Positions 1 through 11,111 are shown, counted from the first letter of the stretch. The stretch is 56,640 bases of DNA from Planctomyces sp. (GCA_013822855.1 PNLE01000003.1:1-56640), one strand, 5' to 3'. A program made the numbers and translations. Notes: generated by a model not told the origin, from the letters alone.

Positions 1-157
1 TATCTCGCCGAAAGCAACAGCGGGACGGCTAAACATCTTCGGTACTGAGAATTACTACCGATCAAGATTTCACTTTTGCCACGCACTGCGATCCGCGTTC
101 AAATTGTCGAGTAGTGGCCGTCACTTCGGCCTGGAAACCACGTTGCCGGAGAATTGC

Positions 158-1147
158 ATGACATCGGCGAACCTGCTGCGGCTGATCATCTTTCTGAACG
201 TAGGGTGCGTCCTGGCAGAGGCGTGTTTCGCCGATCCGCCCACTCCGGCGGTTGTCCCTGCCGGTGAAGACTCCGTCGCCGCCTCCATCAAGATTGACAT
301 CCTCGCCCGACAGACCTGCACCGGACTGGGTGCCTGCCAGGGCGCCGCTCTGCATGACGGATTTGTCTATCTCTACGGGGATCTCTACGAAAAAGACCGA
401 CAGCCCGGGCCCGGGGTGATACGCCAATACTCCATCGTTAAAGACGAACAAGGTGTGCCCGGATTGCGGGACACCGGCCTTGAAGTCCGCCTCGTCAAAA
501 ATGGTGAACACGTCATCAAACATCCCACGGGACTCACGTGGAATCCCACCTATGGCACCTATCTGGGTGACACAGTCACGAAGACCAAAAAAGGGACGAT
601 CTATCACCTTGACTGGTCGCGGATGCTGATCGACCGCACTCTGGACCATGCCGTCCTGCATGTCATCGACGACGATCTGGCCGTTCAAGGTTGCCGGCCG
701 GAGTTTGTCCGCCAGGGCGACCGCTGGTTGCTGGCGACGGCCGACTACGGGCAGGTCAAGAACGCGGTGAGGATGTACGATCCCGAGTTGCTCACCCGCG
801 TGAAGTCGACGTTTCAAGCAGGGGTGCTCGTCGAAGAAATTCCTTGTGGGCCGTGGGTCCAGCAACTCCATTGGATCGATGGGTGCGGGCTGTTGCTGCT
901 CGTCCAAAATCAAATTGAAGGCCGCCTCTGGCGCGTGACCCCGGCTGAACCGTGGACGCCACGAGCTGTGCGGGACTTCCGTGAGATTCCCCCGTTCGAC
1001 GACATCTCCGACGCCAGCGAACTCGAAGGGATGGCGATGATCGACCGAGAGTATGCCGTCCTCGTCAGCAGTTCCCCAATCAACAACGTGTCCATTGCCC
1101 GGCTGACGATTCATTGCGGGCCGGGGAGGTTGCCCCCGAACGAGTGA
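158..1147 (+). CDS. Secreted hypothetical protein (signal peptide MTSANLLRLIIFLNVGCVLAEA)
   Basis: ORF track 104..1147. ATG read at 158 in frame with a hydrophobic signal-like N-terminus. Codons are mostly G/C-ending as elsewhere in the genome. No recognisable catalytic motif. The antisense 62..1450 ORF is judged a shadow. Confidence 0.5.
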   Translation: MTSANLLRLIIFLNVGCVLAEACFADPPTPAVVPAGEDSVAASIKIDILARQTCTGLGACQGAALHDGFVYLYGDLYEKDRQPGPGVIRQYSIVKDEQGVPGLRDTGLEVRLVKNGEHVIKHPTGLTWNPTYGTYLGDTVTKTKKGTIYHLDWSRMLIDRTLDHAVLHVIDDDLAVQGCRPEFVRQGDRWLLATADYGQVKNAVRMYDPELLTRVKSTFQAGVLVEEIPCGPWVQQLHWIDGCGLLLLVQNQIEGRLWRVTPAEPWTPRAVRDFREIPPFDDISDASELEGMAMIDREYAVLVSSSPINNVSIARLTIHCGPGRLPPNE

Positions 1148-1382
1148 TGTCTTGTCGGCTTGCCGCTGTTGGACGCGGAGGCAGGTGACAACAATTTTCG
1201 GCGAATTCCATTTTTTTCCGCAACTGGGAACGTACCGCATGCATCCAAGGGGCAGCATTCCCTGCTGGCCACTTCTACGGACAGAGGTTAGCCTTCGCAG
1301 GTCGTGGCCGGGACAACAAGTCTCTAACACGATCGAGCGGTTCGAGAACGATTTGATGCGACACAGGTGAGAAGGATCTACC

Positions 1383-2087
1383 ATGCGTGCGGCTTCGGCG
1401 CTGACGATCGCCTTCATATCGCTGATGGGCCACGGTTGTGGCGCGATCAAAGAGACTGCACCTGAGCGTTCCTACACCACGGTGACAACCCACGGGGGTG
1501 GCGCCGAAGTTGATTCCTCCGTCATCACGTTCCGCGACGAGGTCATCAGTCAGGACACCCCGGTTGTGGAGCTGTCACGCCTCGAACTCACGACGCCCGA
1601 CGGAAAACCCGTTCAGTTGAGTGACTTTCTTAAGACGGGCAATCTTGTGGTCGTGGTCACGAGCGGCTACGCCGGTTCGATCTGTCCGGTCTGTTCGACA
1701 CAGACTTCGAGGTTCATCGCCAACCATGAGGCGATCAAGTCGCGCGGTGCAGAAGTCGTAGTGATCTATCCGCTCGGCAGTGAAATCGATCGCTCCCGCA
1801 GCGGCGAATTTCTGGCAGCCGCGAACAACCGGGTCGCGTTGGCTCCCGGCACACAGCCTCCCTTCCCCTTGTTGGTGGACGTAGGGCTGAAAGTGGTCGA
1901 CCTATTGGGTATTCGCCAGGATTTATCGAAACCCGCGACCTACATTCTGGATCGAACCGGGGCGATCCGCTTTGCTTATGTGGGCGAGAACATGGCTGAC
2001 CGTCCCTCGATCCAGGCGATCCTGCGGCAACTGGATACCCTCAACACATCGGCGACGGGCGCCGCCCGGGTGGTCACGCCGCTTTGA
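1383..2087 (+). CDS. Redoxin/peroxiredoxin-like thiol-disulfide oxidoreductase (AhpC/TSA fold), probable lipoprotein
   Basis: N-terminal lipobox-like MGHGCG. CPVC (CxxC) motif within 'GYAGSICPVCSTQTSRF...EVVVIYP', typical of the thioredoxin/redoxin fold. Confidence 0.6.
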   Translation: MRAASALTIAFISLMGHGCGAIKETAPERSYTTVTTHGGGAEVDSSVITFRDEVISQDTPVVELSRLELTTPDGKPVQLSDFLKTGNLVVVVTSGYAGSICPVCSTQTSRFIANHEAIKSRGAEVVVIYPLGSEIDRSRSGEFLAAANNRVALAPGTQPPFPLLVDVGLKVVDLLGIRQDLSKPATYILDRTGAIRFAYVGENMADRPSIQAILRQLDTLNTSATGAARVVTPL

Positions 2088-2144
2088 GCCACTTTCGCAG
2101 AACCCGACATCGCCACGATGCAAGCTCCGCGAGGTTGATGCCAT

Positions 2145-3962
2145 ATGCCACTGGATGACGAGTTCCTTGCAGTTGCGGTTCGTAACGGCCTGTTGGAGCA
2201 AGTTGTCGCCGACCAATTGGAGTCACTGGCTGCGAGTTCCGGCATCTCCTCGCCTCAAGCGGCACTGAACGCTGGCCGACTTTCACATGATCAGATCGAC
2301 GTCATCGAGTCCTTGTGGCATCCGTTGGATCAAGTTCCGGGTTACGAGCTGCTGTCGCTCCTCGGACAGGGAGGTATGGGCGTCGTCTACAAAGCCCGGC
2401 AGTTGGCGTTCGATCGTATCGTGGCCTTAAAGCTCGTGCGGAACGGGTCCGCTTCAAGTACGGCGGTCGCCCGTTTCGAGCAGGAAATCCGCACCATTGG
2501 CAGTTTTTCCCATCCGCACATCGTGACCGCCTTCGATTCGGGAAAGCATGCCGGTCGACTGTACCTCGCGATGGAGTATCTTGATGGCCAAGACGCTGAG
2601 GTCTTCATCCCTAAGGAGAAGTTTCTCCCCGAAAGGATCGTCTGGGGGATGATCCGTCAGGTCGCGACAGGCTTGGCGTACGCCGCCGAGCGGGGAGTCA
2701 CGCATCGCGACATCAAACCGGCGAACCTGTTGCTGGTGACGCCGCCGAGCGGATATCCCCTCCCCGAGGGTGTTCCGTTCGTCAAAGTCGCGGACTTCGG
2801 ACTCGCCCTCCTGCAAGAGGATTTTGACGCACAAACTCGCCTGACCAGGGAAAACGCTACCGTAGGCAGCCCTCACTACATGTCTCCCGAACAAATCATG
2901 GGTTCTCAAGTCGGTTTGAAGTCCGACATCTATGCGCTAGGAGCCACGGCCTATCATCTGCTCTGCGGCCACCCCCCTTATCATGGCTTCACGTTAACGC
3001 AGATCTATTCGCGAAAAATGCTTCGGGATCCTGCGGCGTTGACGGAACTCCGTCCCGGACTTTCCGCCGATTCGGTCTCACTCGTCGAATGGATGATTCA
3101 CCGTGAGGAGACCGGGCGGCCCAACGACTACGCCACTGTGCTCCATCGGATTGACACAATCCAACAGTCGACAGACCCTGCCGGAGTGTCGGTGTCGATC
3201 CCGCGGAGGTTGGCCGCCACACCAGAAACCTCCCCGGATCGATACCACCATTCACCCGTTGCATGGTCTCGCCGCCTGATGACCATTTCCGCGATTGTCG
3301 TCGGGCTGGCTGCCATCGCCGCCGGGGTCTGGTGGTTTCTGCTGATCAACCCCAAATTGACCGGGCCGAGGAATTGGCAAGCTACGGGCTGGGTTCGGCA
3401 ATGTTTCGATGGTGCGTCGCTCAATGGATGGCGCACGATTCGTGGAGCCTGGGTGCCCGGCGCGAAGAATGAGGAAGGAGGATTCGTCCTATCGGGAAGA
3501 GGTGCCTTGGGATATCCCCTCGCCAAACCTGTGAACGGTGGCATGATGCGGCTGGACGGCTTTCGCCTCTCCGTCCTATGGCAGAGACAGAGCGCGCGGA
3601 TCGTTGAGCTGCAGTTTCCGGAAGAGCCGTCGGCCCGGCGCGGCGAAACCCGGTCGATGGTCTTTCAAGCGACTCCAGACTCGATCCGCTGGGGCCGTCG
3701 AATGCTCCCGACAGGAAGTCTGGAGACAGTCTTCGCGGAGCGGTTCATCACTCTGTCCGCCGATTCGGTTCACGAACTGCGCGTCGAATTCCAGGGTGGG
3801 GAGTGGCTGGTGTACCTGGACGGACAACTCTTCGGGAGTTCCCCTGCCGGCCCTTTGCCATCTTCTGAGTTCCGTCTGGTCGCCGAAGTGGATCCGGGTG
3901 ACGCCGATGGTGCGGCGTGGTTCAGCGATATCTTGTTGGAGGAACTCGGGCCGCCAATTTGA
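2145..3962 (+). CDS. Ser/Thr protein kinase (Hanks-type) with TM helix and C-terminal DUF1080/LamG-like domain
   Basis: Kinase motifs: GQGGMGVVYKA (P-loop), VALK, HRDIKPANLL (catalytic loop), DFGLA, SPHYMSPEQ. Followed by a hydrophobic segment ISAIVVGLAAIAAGVWWFLLI and a C-terminal ~200 aa resembling DUF1080 (GWRTIRGAWVP...). Confidence 0.85.
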   Translation: MPLDDEFLAVAVRNGLLEQVVADQLESLAASSGISSPQAALNAGRLSHDQIDVIESLWHPLDQVPGYELLSLLGQGGMGVVYKARQLAFDRIVALKLVRNGSASSTAVARFEQEIRTIGSFSHPHIVTAFDSGKHAGRLYLAMEYLDGQDAEVFIPKEKFLPERIVWGMIRQVATGLAYAAERGVTHRDIKPANLLLVTPPSGYPLPEGVPFVKVADFGLALLQEDFDAQTRLTRENATVGSPHYMSPEQIMGSQVGLKSDIYALGATAYHLLCGHPPYHGFTLTQIYSRKMLRDPAALTELRPGLSADSVSLVEWMIHREETGRPNDYATVLHRIDTIQQSTDPAGVSVSIPRRLAATPETSPDRYHHSPVAWSRRLMTISAIVVGLAAIAAGVWWFLLINPKLTGPRNWQATGWVRQCFDGASLNGWRTIRGAWVPGAKNEEGGFVLSGRGALGYPLAKPVNGGMMRLDGFRLSVLWQRQSARIVELQFPEEPSARRGETRSMVFQATPDSIRWGRRMLPTGSLETVFAERFITLSADSVHELRVEFQGGEWLVYLDGQLFGSSPAGPLPSSEFRLVAEVDPGDADGAAWFSDILLEELGPPI

Positions 3963-4295
3963 CATGCTTGGCGGCTCGGTCAAGCAGGACTACCTCACCG
4001 AACCCCGCACCTACTACGCGCCCACGGATCACTGCTACGAAGCCCGCGTTATCGAGCGGCTGAAAAAACGAGAGATTAGTGACAAGCCTGAATAGAGGAT
4101 TCCCAAATGTTCCCATGAAAGACAATGGCTTTGGATGTTGATTTTTGTGGCCAATCAGTCAATCAGATTGAACTTTTCATAAAGACACGCATTCTCCGCT
4201 GGATCGTATCAACTTCGTCCGGGAAGGTTTCAATACTTCGTCATCAGACTCCCGCCATCTTCTTCCATCACAGTTCCTCCCACCCGCTGTTTTGC

Positions 4296-5600
4296 ATGAG
4301 GTATCCCGCCATGTATGTTGTGGATCGTCGTCAGTTTCTTGGCTTAACACTGAGTGCTGCAGCCTTCAGTGCAGCCACAAATTTACTGCCATTCGACGAC
4401 CGCTATGCCCAAGGCAAAGTTCTGGGTGCTGATGGGATTCCGCTGTCACCTCAGATCGAGGGGCCGGAGACGATGTTCCTCACCTGGCCGGGCGATCCCA
4501 CATCGACGATCTGCATCCAGTGGATCGACGAAGATCATGGCCGCGAGATCACTCTGGCGTACTCTCCGCTGGAGATCGACGACTGGCAGGTGGCGAAGGT
4601 TGTCACGAAGCCGTTCCCCATGACGAACGACAAGGTCTACCGGGCGAGTATCTCGTCCTTGAAGCCGGGGACGGAGTATCGCTTTCGGCTGGGGGCGGAT
4701 TCGCCCACGTTCCGCTTTCGCACGATGCCCTCGAAGATCACCGACACCTTCCACTTTGTCACCGGTGGCGATGCGGGGACCGGCAGCCATGCGATCGGCA
4801 CCAATCAATTGGCCGCCCGGCAGGAACCTTACTTCGCACTCATCGCGGGCGATCTGGCGTACGACAACGGCAAGTCGCCCAAGACGTTCGTCAAATATCT
4901 GAAGAACTATCGCGCTCACATGGTCGATCCCCAGGGGCGGCTCATTCCCATGCTGGCCTGCCCCGGCAACCATGAGGTCGACGGGGCCTACCGGCAACCT
5001 CGTGAGAAGGCGGGGTCGTATCTTTCGGTCTTCGACTGTTTCTACCGCGACACGACCTACGGCGTCTTCGACATCGGCGACGAGTTCAGTCTCGTGCTGC
5101 TTGATACCGACCACATCTCGACCATCGAAGGAGAGCAGACCTCGTGGCTCGAGAAGACGCTCGCCGAGCGGCAATCGAAGCAGCATCTTTTCGTGGCCAA
5201 CCACGTTCCGGCTTATCCGTCTTACCGCAGTTCGAACATTGGCAGCGACAAACCGGGGACCGGATCGGCCCAGCGGAAGCTCTGGTGCCCGCTGTTTGAA
5301 CGCTACAACGTCGATGTCGTGCTGGAACATCACGACCACCTCTTCAAGCGGACTCATCCACTGACGAACGGCATGAAAGACCAGAACGGCGTCCCTTATC
5401 TGGGGGATGGTTCGTGGGGCATGTTGCGTCCTCTCAAGGAACCGGAACTCCGCCCCTACCTGGCCAAGGTCAGTTCGTCCTACCACATGACGGCCCACCA
5501 TCTTGAGGGAGACGAGCGCTACCACATCGCCCTGGAGGAGAACGGTCGCATCGCCGATGTCTGCATGACGAAGAACAAGCGGGCGGCGAAGCGGGGGTAG
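4296..5600 (+). CDS. Purple acid phosphatase-like metallophosphoesterase with Tat signal
   Basis: ORF track 4125..5600. Likely start at MRYPAMYVVDRRQFLGLTLSAAAF (twin-arginine motif). Calcineurin-like motifs GDAG, GDLAYDNG, GNHE, HVP, GHDH, plus an N-terminal PAP fibronectin-like region. Start coordinate is approximate (hand-count discrepancy of 1 nt near 4260); the frame-consistent value is given. Confidence 0.7.
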   Translation: MRYPAMYVVDRRQFLGLTLSAAAFSAATNLLPFDDRYAQGKVLGADGIPLSPQIEGPETMFLTWPGDPTSTICIQWIDEDHGREITLAYSPLEIDDWQVAKVVTKPFPMTNDKVYRASISSLKPGTEYRFRLGADSPTFRFRTMPSKITDTFHFVTGGDAGTGSHAIGTNQLAARQEPYFALIAGDLAYDNGKSPKTFVKYLKNYRAHMVDPQGRLIPMLACPGNHEVDGAYRQPREKAGSYLSVFDCFYRDTTYGVFDIGDEFSLVLLDTDHISTIEGEQTSWLEKTLAERQSKQHLFVANHVPAYPSYRSSNIGSDKPGTGSAQRKLWCPLFERYNVDVVLEHHDHLFKRTHPLTNGMKDQNGVPYLGDGSWGMLRPLKEPELRPYLAKVSSSYHMTAHHLEGDERYHIALEENGRIADVCMTKNKRAAKRG

Positions 5601-5680
5601 GATGAGGTGGGAAGGGGAGAAGGAGGATATTGAATTGAAGAGGACGAAGAAAAGCAGCTGAAGTCGAGGTGGAAAACGTC

Positions 5681-7351
5681 TTAGAGCCGGCCACTGCGGA
5701 AGATGCCGTAGATGAGCCAGAGGGCGAGGACGCTCGACGTGAAGTAGATCGGCATGCTGAACCAGAGGGAGTCCATCCCCTGGCGGATGATGAGGGCGGA
5801 AGCGACGATGAGGGCCGAGACGACGACTCCCACCACCAAACGGTTGCTGGCCCGCTCGAGTTCCAGAATCAGTTGTCCCAGCCCTTGATGCTCGAGATGG
5901 ACGCGCAGGTCGTCCTGGCTCAGCTTGGCGACGGCCTTGTTGATGTGCGACGGCAACTCGTGGGCCACGTTCCAGAGCTTGCGGGCTTCTTCGCGGAACT
6001 CGGTTCGCATCCGCTTGGGCGAGAACCTCGCCTTCACCACGTTTTCGATGTAGGGCTGCAGCACCGGGGCGAGGTTGAAGTCGGGATCGAGGCGGCGGCC
6101 GATCCCCTCCAGCGTGATGATCGCGCGGATGAGCAGCATCAGGCTGCCGGGACACCGGATCTGATGGGTTGTGAGGAGCGACATGAAATCGCCCAGCAGC
6201 GTCCCCACATTGAGCTTGTCGAGGGGGACGCCGTAATAGTTGCCGAGGAAATCGCGCATGTCGACGTGGAGCAATGGTTCATCGATGGCGGTGTTGCTCT
6301 CGCCGAATTTCAACACCGCCCGGACGGCGAGGGGGACATCCTGCCGGCTGATGGCCACGAAGAGATCGACCAGTTGCTCGCGGATCTCGGGATCGAGGAT
6401 GCCGATCATCCCGAAGTCGAGCAGCACGATGGTGCCGCAAGGTTTGACACGCACGTTCCCCGGGTGGGGATCGCCATGGAATACGCCGAGTTGGAAGGCC
6501 TGCTTCATGTAGAGCCGGGCCCCGCTGGCGGCCACGGCGCACGGGTCGCATCCCTTGGCGACGAGGGCCTCGCGGTCGTCGACTTTGATTCCGTCGATGT
6601 ACTCCATCGTCAGGACGGCCTCGGAGGTGAGATCCATCCAGACCTTGGGGACATAGAGCGAAGGGTCGTCGGCGAACAGGCGGCGGAACTCGTCCATCGT
6701 CCGGCCCTCGCGGGCGAAGTTGACTTCGCGGCGAATCGAGCGGGCGAAATGTTTGACCAGCCCCGTGGGGTCGAAGACCCGTGTCTCCGGCACGTGGGCT
6801 TCGGCGAGCAGTGCCATTTGTTCCAGCAGGGAAAGATCGCGTTCGATGTCGCGCACCACGTTGGGCCGGCGGATCTTCACGACAAGTTGCGAGCCGTCGA
6901 AGGCGACCGCCCGGTGGACCTGGGCCAGGGAACCGGCGGCCAGCGGCGCCATGTCGAACTCGCGGAAGAGTTCGTGAACGGGCTTTCCCAGTTCGCTCTC
7001 CACTTCGCGGATGGCGGCTTCGCTGCCGAAGGGGGGAACCTGTTCCTGGAGTTTTTTCAACTCGGTGATCATCGCCTGGGGAACGATGTCGGGCCGGGTG
7101 CTCATCACCTGGCCGAACTTGATGAACGTGGGGCCCAGGCTTTCGAGCGAGAGCCGCACGCGTTCGACAGTGGTGCACTTCTGGTGGGGCTTGTGGCGTT
7201 TCCAGAAGAAGACGCGGCGGATGCTTTGATACCAGACTTCCCGCAGGCCGATCCGGTCGACGAGGTCGCCGAAGCCGTGGTTGAGCAGCACCGTGGCTAT
7301 CTCGCGCGTACGGCTGAGATTGCGCAGAAGTCGAAACGGGCTGCTGTCCAA
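5681..7351 (-). CDS. ubiB: UbiB/ABC1 (AarF) family atypical kinase, ubiquinone biosynthesis-associated
   Basis: Characteristic N-terminus RLLRNLSRTREIATVLLNHGFGDL, FIKFGQVMSTRPDIVP, AAGSLAQVHRA, VVKIRRPNV, FHGDPHPGN, and C-terminal TM helices. Confidence 0.85.
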   Translation of the reverse strand: MDSSPFRLLRNLSRTREIATVLLNHGFGDLVDRIGLREVWYQSIRRVFFWKRHKPHQKCTTVERVRLSLESLGPTFIKFGQVMSTRPDIVPQAMITELKKLQEQVPPFGSEAAIREVESELGKPVHELFREFDMAPLAAGSLAQVHRAVAFDGSQLVVKIRRPNVVRDIERDLSLLEQMALLAEAHVPETRVFDPTGLVKHFARSIRREVNFAREGRTMDEFRRLFADDPSLYVPKVWMDLTSEAVLTMEYIDGIKVDDREALVAKGCDPCAVAASGARLYMKQAFQLGVFHGDPHPGNVRVKPCGTIVLLDFGMIGILDPEIREQLVDLFVAISRQDVPLAVRAVLKFGESNTAIDEPLLHVDMRDFLGNYYGVPLDKLNVGTLLGDFMSLLTTHQIRCPGSLMLLIRAIITLEGIGRRLDPDFNLAPVLQPYIENVVKARFSPKRMRTEFREEARKLWNVAHELPSHINKAVAKLSQDDLRVHLEHQGLGQLILELERASNRLVVGVVVSALIVASALIIRQGMDSLWFSMPIYFTSSVLALWLIYGIFRSGRL

Positions 7352-8280
7352 CTCAGGGGCTCCGGCTGTGATATTGCGGGTTATCGAAGTGTAACCCCAC
7401 CAGCCGCCACCGGCCAGACGTGTGGTTGATGGTTGGGAGTTGGGAGTTGATTCCCGGAGTTTTGTTCAACGCCGAGAATCTGCTTTTGATCTGCCGGTTG
7501 TCTGGTTGCTCTTTCGAGAGCATCGGCCATGGTGGTGCGCTCCCGGCACCCTTGGTGAGGTGAAGCGATGCGGAAGTAGGAGAGCCCGGAGTTCCACGGG
7601 TTTTGAGTGAGGACGTTTGCGGCGGGGGCAGGTCGAACATGGTCCGCGGAGCGGACCCTACGTTGGCGGGCAGTCGAGACGACGGGCGGCGCATCGAGTC
7701 GTGATAGGGTGAAGGCTCTTGTTTTGGGCGCGCCTCATGGGTGGGGTTGAAAGACTCCGCTTGTGATTCCGGACAAAGAGTGCTTCACCCAGGCTCGGTC
7801 AGGGCCTCTGGCCGGGGCGATGTCGCAGTCGCCGCCGGTTGGTGTGGGTGCCCTCGGCACTGCGCGCCACTCGAATTCGAGACGTTTTTCGGCGACTGTG
7901 CGGTATTTTGACAGTCACGATCACTCAAACTGAATCGTGATTCCAGAAGCGACAACAGTCGTCCCGGCGAGATTTCTGCACGCAGGGTTTTCCACAGATG
8001 CCGGAATGTTCCGCAAGGAATTTTCCGGGCAGGAGAAGACTGCGCGGGCCCTGACACGGGCAGGTTTTTCATAGAGCGCCCCCGGACTGCTGGTGACAGC
8101 GGTTCGGGGGTGTCTTTGTTGGGAGAAGTCTGTTGTCCGTGGCTAGTTGGTTTTTGATGGTGGATGGTTGGAAGAGGCGACCATTTTAGCGAGCAGATCT
8201 GCGATTCTTACGATCCGTACGAAGTCAGATTGCAACTGGCCACTCGGGCCGTTTGCCTTACTTCTTTCTTGATCGCAGCT

Positions 8281-10293
8281 TCACACCTGGGGCTTGGGCT
8301 GAATGGGTCTAGTGCCTTTGCCGTGGCGGGCCTTGAGGTCGAAGAGTCCGAAGATTTCGGAGGCGGTGAGGGAACGGGCCGCGTCGATGTCGTCGCCGTC
8401 GCCAAGGATTGATTTGAAGAGGTCACGTTTTTCGGTGAGGACTCGGTCGATCTTCTCTTCGATGGTGTCCTTCGAGATGAACCTGGTGACGATCACCTGG
8501 CTTTTGCAGCCGATGCGGTGGGCGCGGTTGATCGCCTGGTCTTCGATGGCGGGATTCCACCAGCGGTCGTACAGGAAGACGTAGCCCGCGAATTGCAGAT
8601 TGAGGCCCACCGCGCCGGTGGCGTAGCTCATGAGGATGATGTGCTTGGTGGGATCCTCTTTGAACTGCTTGAGGACGGGCTCGCGCAGTTTCGTGGGAAT
8701 GCCGCCGTGATAGACGAGCGGGCCGAAGCGTTCGAGTTTTCCCTTGAGGAAGTCGATGGTCTTCGTCCACTGGCTGAAGAGGATGGCCTTGCCACCGCTG
8801 GCGGCGACTTCCTCCATATCCGCTTCGAGGCGGTCGAACTTGGCACTTTCTCCCGTGAGCGGATCCCAGTTGGTGATCTGCTTGAGGCGCATGACGAGTT
8901 CGAACACATGCTGGATGGAGATCGAATCGCCCATCTCGTTGAGCTGGATGACCCCCTCCTTCTCGGCGGTTTCATAGGTGTATCGCTGGGCCGCGCTGAG
9001 TTCGAGGATGGCATCCCGGTCGAGCCGGGGGGGCATGTCCTTCATCACCAGGTCTTTGGTGCGGCGGAGGATGAATTCCTTGGAGAGAGATTGAAGCTGC
9101 TTGAGGTCGGGAGAACTGTTGGGAGGGACGACTTCGAGGAACTCGTACAAGGCCCCCAACTCCTCGGGTCGATTCTCGATGGGTGTGCCTGTGAGTGCCC
9201 ACGATCTTCTCCGGGGGATGGCGCGGGCGGTCTCGGCGGTGCGTGAAGTGCGGTTCTTGATTCGCTGGGCCTCGTCGAGCACCACGAGATCAAACTTGGG
9301 GAAGTCGTCGCCGAAATTCGCGACATCCCGCACCAGGGTCTCGTAGTTGACGATCAGCACCGGGACTCCCGGCATCGTCCAGGTGATGCGGCGGCGGTCG
9401 GTATCCCCTTCGACGACCACGAACGGCAGTTCCTCGGCCCAGGTGCGGAATTCCCGCTGCCAGTTGGGAAGGAGCGGTTTGGGGCAGACCAGCACCACGC
9501 GGCGGACCTGCCCGCTGCGGACGAGCAGCCGGATGGCGGTAATCGTCTGCATGGTCTTCCCCAGGCCCATTTCATCGGCCAGGAGGGCGGAGTCATGGGA
9601 AAAGAGCCAGGCGATTCCCTCGTATTGATAGGGGAACGGCTCGAAGGGCATGATCAATTCCTGCCCCTTGAGCCATGTCTGCAATGGCGGCTGGAGCAGG
9701 TAGAAAAGCCGATCTTCGAGCGTGAGGACACCGGCGGGTGGCTTGATGCGAGTCAGCTTGGGGGCGGGCTTCTCTTCGAGTGCCGCCTCCGATTTGGCGA
9801 TGAGATCGGCCGCCGTGACCTCATGGGAGACGACATCGGTGGCGGATTCGCCAGCCACCGCTTCGGGGGTGGAGCTGTCTTCCTTGGTGGTGGCGGGAGC
9901 TTCCACCTTCGGCTGTGCTGGTGGAAGAAACTCGATGCCTTCGGGGAATTTGAGGCCGAAGGTCTGGATGCGGGGACGGTTGGGCTTCCAGGCGGGGCCG
10001 AGGGGGATCGACTTGAGGAGCGGCACCAGTTCGGCTTCGAGTTTGGGCAATCGCTGCAGAGCGCTGTTGATACCGGCGAGGTGGACCTCCGTCCCCATGG
10101 CGAGGGGGACATCCCGCGTCTCGGGAGCCTGGGCATCTGGTTCTTCGAATTGTGCCAGCGATTCGAGGACTTGCGGCAACCAATGGGGTGCGGGCACGAC
10201 CTGGGCCTCATCCTGCGGGCTTGCCGCAGAGGGGGCGATTCGCTGCGAAGTGAGTTCGGTCGAGGAAGAGTCGTCCATGATCTTCGCTTCCAC
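8281..10293 (-). CDS. SNF2-family helicase (RapA/HepA-like DEAD/DEAH + helicase-C)
   Basis: Motif [14 protein letters not shown], motif [15 protein letters not shown], helicase C motifs [31 protein letters not shown]. Confidence 0.85.
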   Translation of the reverse strand: MEAKIMDDSSSTELTSQRIAPSAASPQDEAQVVPAPHWLPQVLESLAQFEEPDAQAPETRDVPLAMGTEVHLAGINSALQRLPKLEAELVPLLKSIPLGPAWKPNRPRIQTFGLKFPEGIEFLPPAQPKVEAPATTKEDSSTPEAVAGESATDVVSHEVTAADLIAKSEAALEEKPAPKLTRIKPPAGVLTLEDRLFYLLQPPLQTWLKGQELIMPFEPFPYQYEGIAWLFSHDSALLADEMGLGKTMQTITAIRLLVRSGQVRRVVLVCPKPLLPNWQREFRTWAEELPFVVVEGDTDRRRITWTMPGVPVLIVNYETLVRDVANFGDDFPKFDLVVLDEAQRIKNRTSRTAETARAIPRRRSWALTGTPIENRPEELGALYEFLEVVPPNSSPDLKQLQSLSKEFILRRTKDLVMKDMPPRLDRDAILELSAAQRYTYETAEKEGVIQLNEMGDSISIQHVFELVMRLKQITNWDPLTGESAKFDRLEADMEEVAASGGKAILFSQWTKTIDFLKGKLERFGPLVYHGGIPTKLREPVLKQFKEDPTKHIILMSYATGAVGLNLQFAGYVFLYDRWWNPAIEDQAINRAHRIGCKSQVIVTRFISKDTIEEKIDRVLTEKRDLFKSILGDGDDIDAARSLTASEIFGLFDLKARHGKGTRPIQPKPQV

Positions 10294-10453
10294 TCTGAAT
10301 GGGATCGTCGTCGGGTGGCACGTCCCTGAAGGCTTTGCGTTTGGGAGTGGTCTTCTTCGTTTGCGGTTGTCCCAAGCCCTTCGACGTTTTCGATCAGACC
10401 TCGACGATGTGCCGCCTGCGGCAGCCTGCCCTACGTTGTTGAGAGGCCCTCTG

Positions 10454-10963
10454 TCATGCGCGGCCGACGGCGGCCTTCATCGTTTCCTGGAGGGCCTCGC
10501 GGATGCGGTCGAACGGCTCTTTCAAGTCGGCCGAGGTGGGGACGTCCTTGCATTGATGCCGGACGTGTTCCATCTCGCCATCGTGCGAACTGTGGAATTC
10601 CAGATGGCGGTTGCCGATCTGGAGTGTCTCCATCGTCTGCTCGCTGAAGCAACCTACGGGGATGTCCACATGCTCGCGGAGTTCACAGAGGCTCTGATCC
10701 TCGGTGAGCACAAGATGGGGCTTCACACCCACCTTGTCGAGTAGCGTTTTGCCGATCAGTTCGCTCAGCAGATACGGCCGCAATGTCGGCCCGTAGAGGA
10801 TCTGCTGGGTTCGATTCGGCTTCACGGGTGTGGTGCACTGGAACTCGAGCGGTCGTCCGAACCGGTTGGTCACCAGCAGGCCACCGACAAACCCTCGTTC
10901 AGGGTCTTCCACGGCCGTCAGAAAGCCGAGGCGGAGCTGATCCTTCTTGGCCTGATCCGACAT
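10454..10963 (-). CDS. Hypothetical protein (169 aa), unknown function
   Basis: Intact ORF with G/C-rich codon usage. No TM segment and no motif recognised by eye. Co-directional between the SNF2 helicase and the M50-HlyD gene. Confidence 0.5.
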   Translation of the reverse strand: MSDQAKKDQLRLGFLTAVEDPERGFVGGLLVTNRFGRPLEFQCTTPVKPNRTQQILYGPTLRPYLLSELIGKTLLDKVGVKPHLVLTEDQSLCELREHVDIPVGCFSEQTMETLQIGNRHLEFHSSHDGEMEHVRHQCKDVPTSADLKEPFDRIREALQETMKAAVGRA

Positions 10964-11111
10964 CCAGAGTAATCCTCAGAAAGCTCAGAAGAGGGAAACT
11001 GCCCTATCGCAATGGCTTTGATCGTCGGCTCCGCTCGTGTGGCTTGAGCGGGAACGGTTCCCCCTCGCAGATGGAAGATAGGCGAAGTTTGCGGGGGCGA
11101 TTGGGCAGGAT

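Noticed and set aside
62-1450. 462-aa minus-strand ORF
   Set aside because: Antisense to a better + strand gene with signal peptide. Typical long shadow ORF in GC-rich DNA.
4446-6155. 569-aa minus-strand ORF spanning the PAP and ubiB genes
   Set aside because: Overlaps two recognisable genes on opposite strands. Arg/Pro-rich shadow translation.
5669-7429. 586-aa + strand ORF
   Set aside because: Antisense of ubiB. Asp/Glu/Gly-rich low-complexity translation typical of shadow frames.
9595-10744. 244-aa and 340-aa + strand ORFs
   Set aside because: Antisense to the SNF2 helicase and the 169-aa gene. No motifs.
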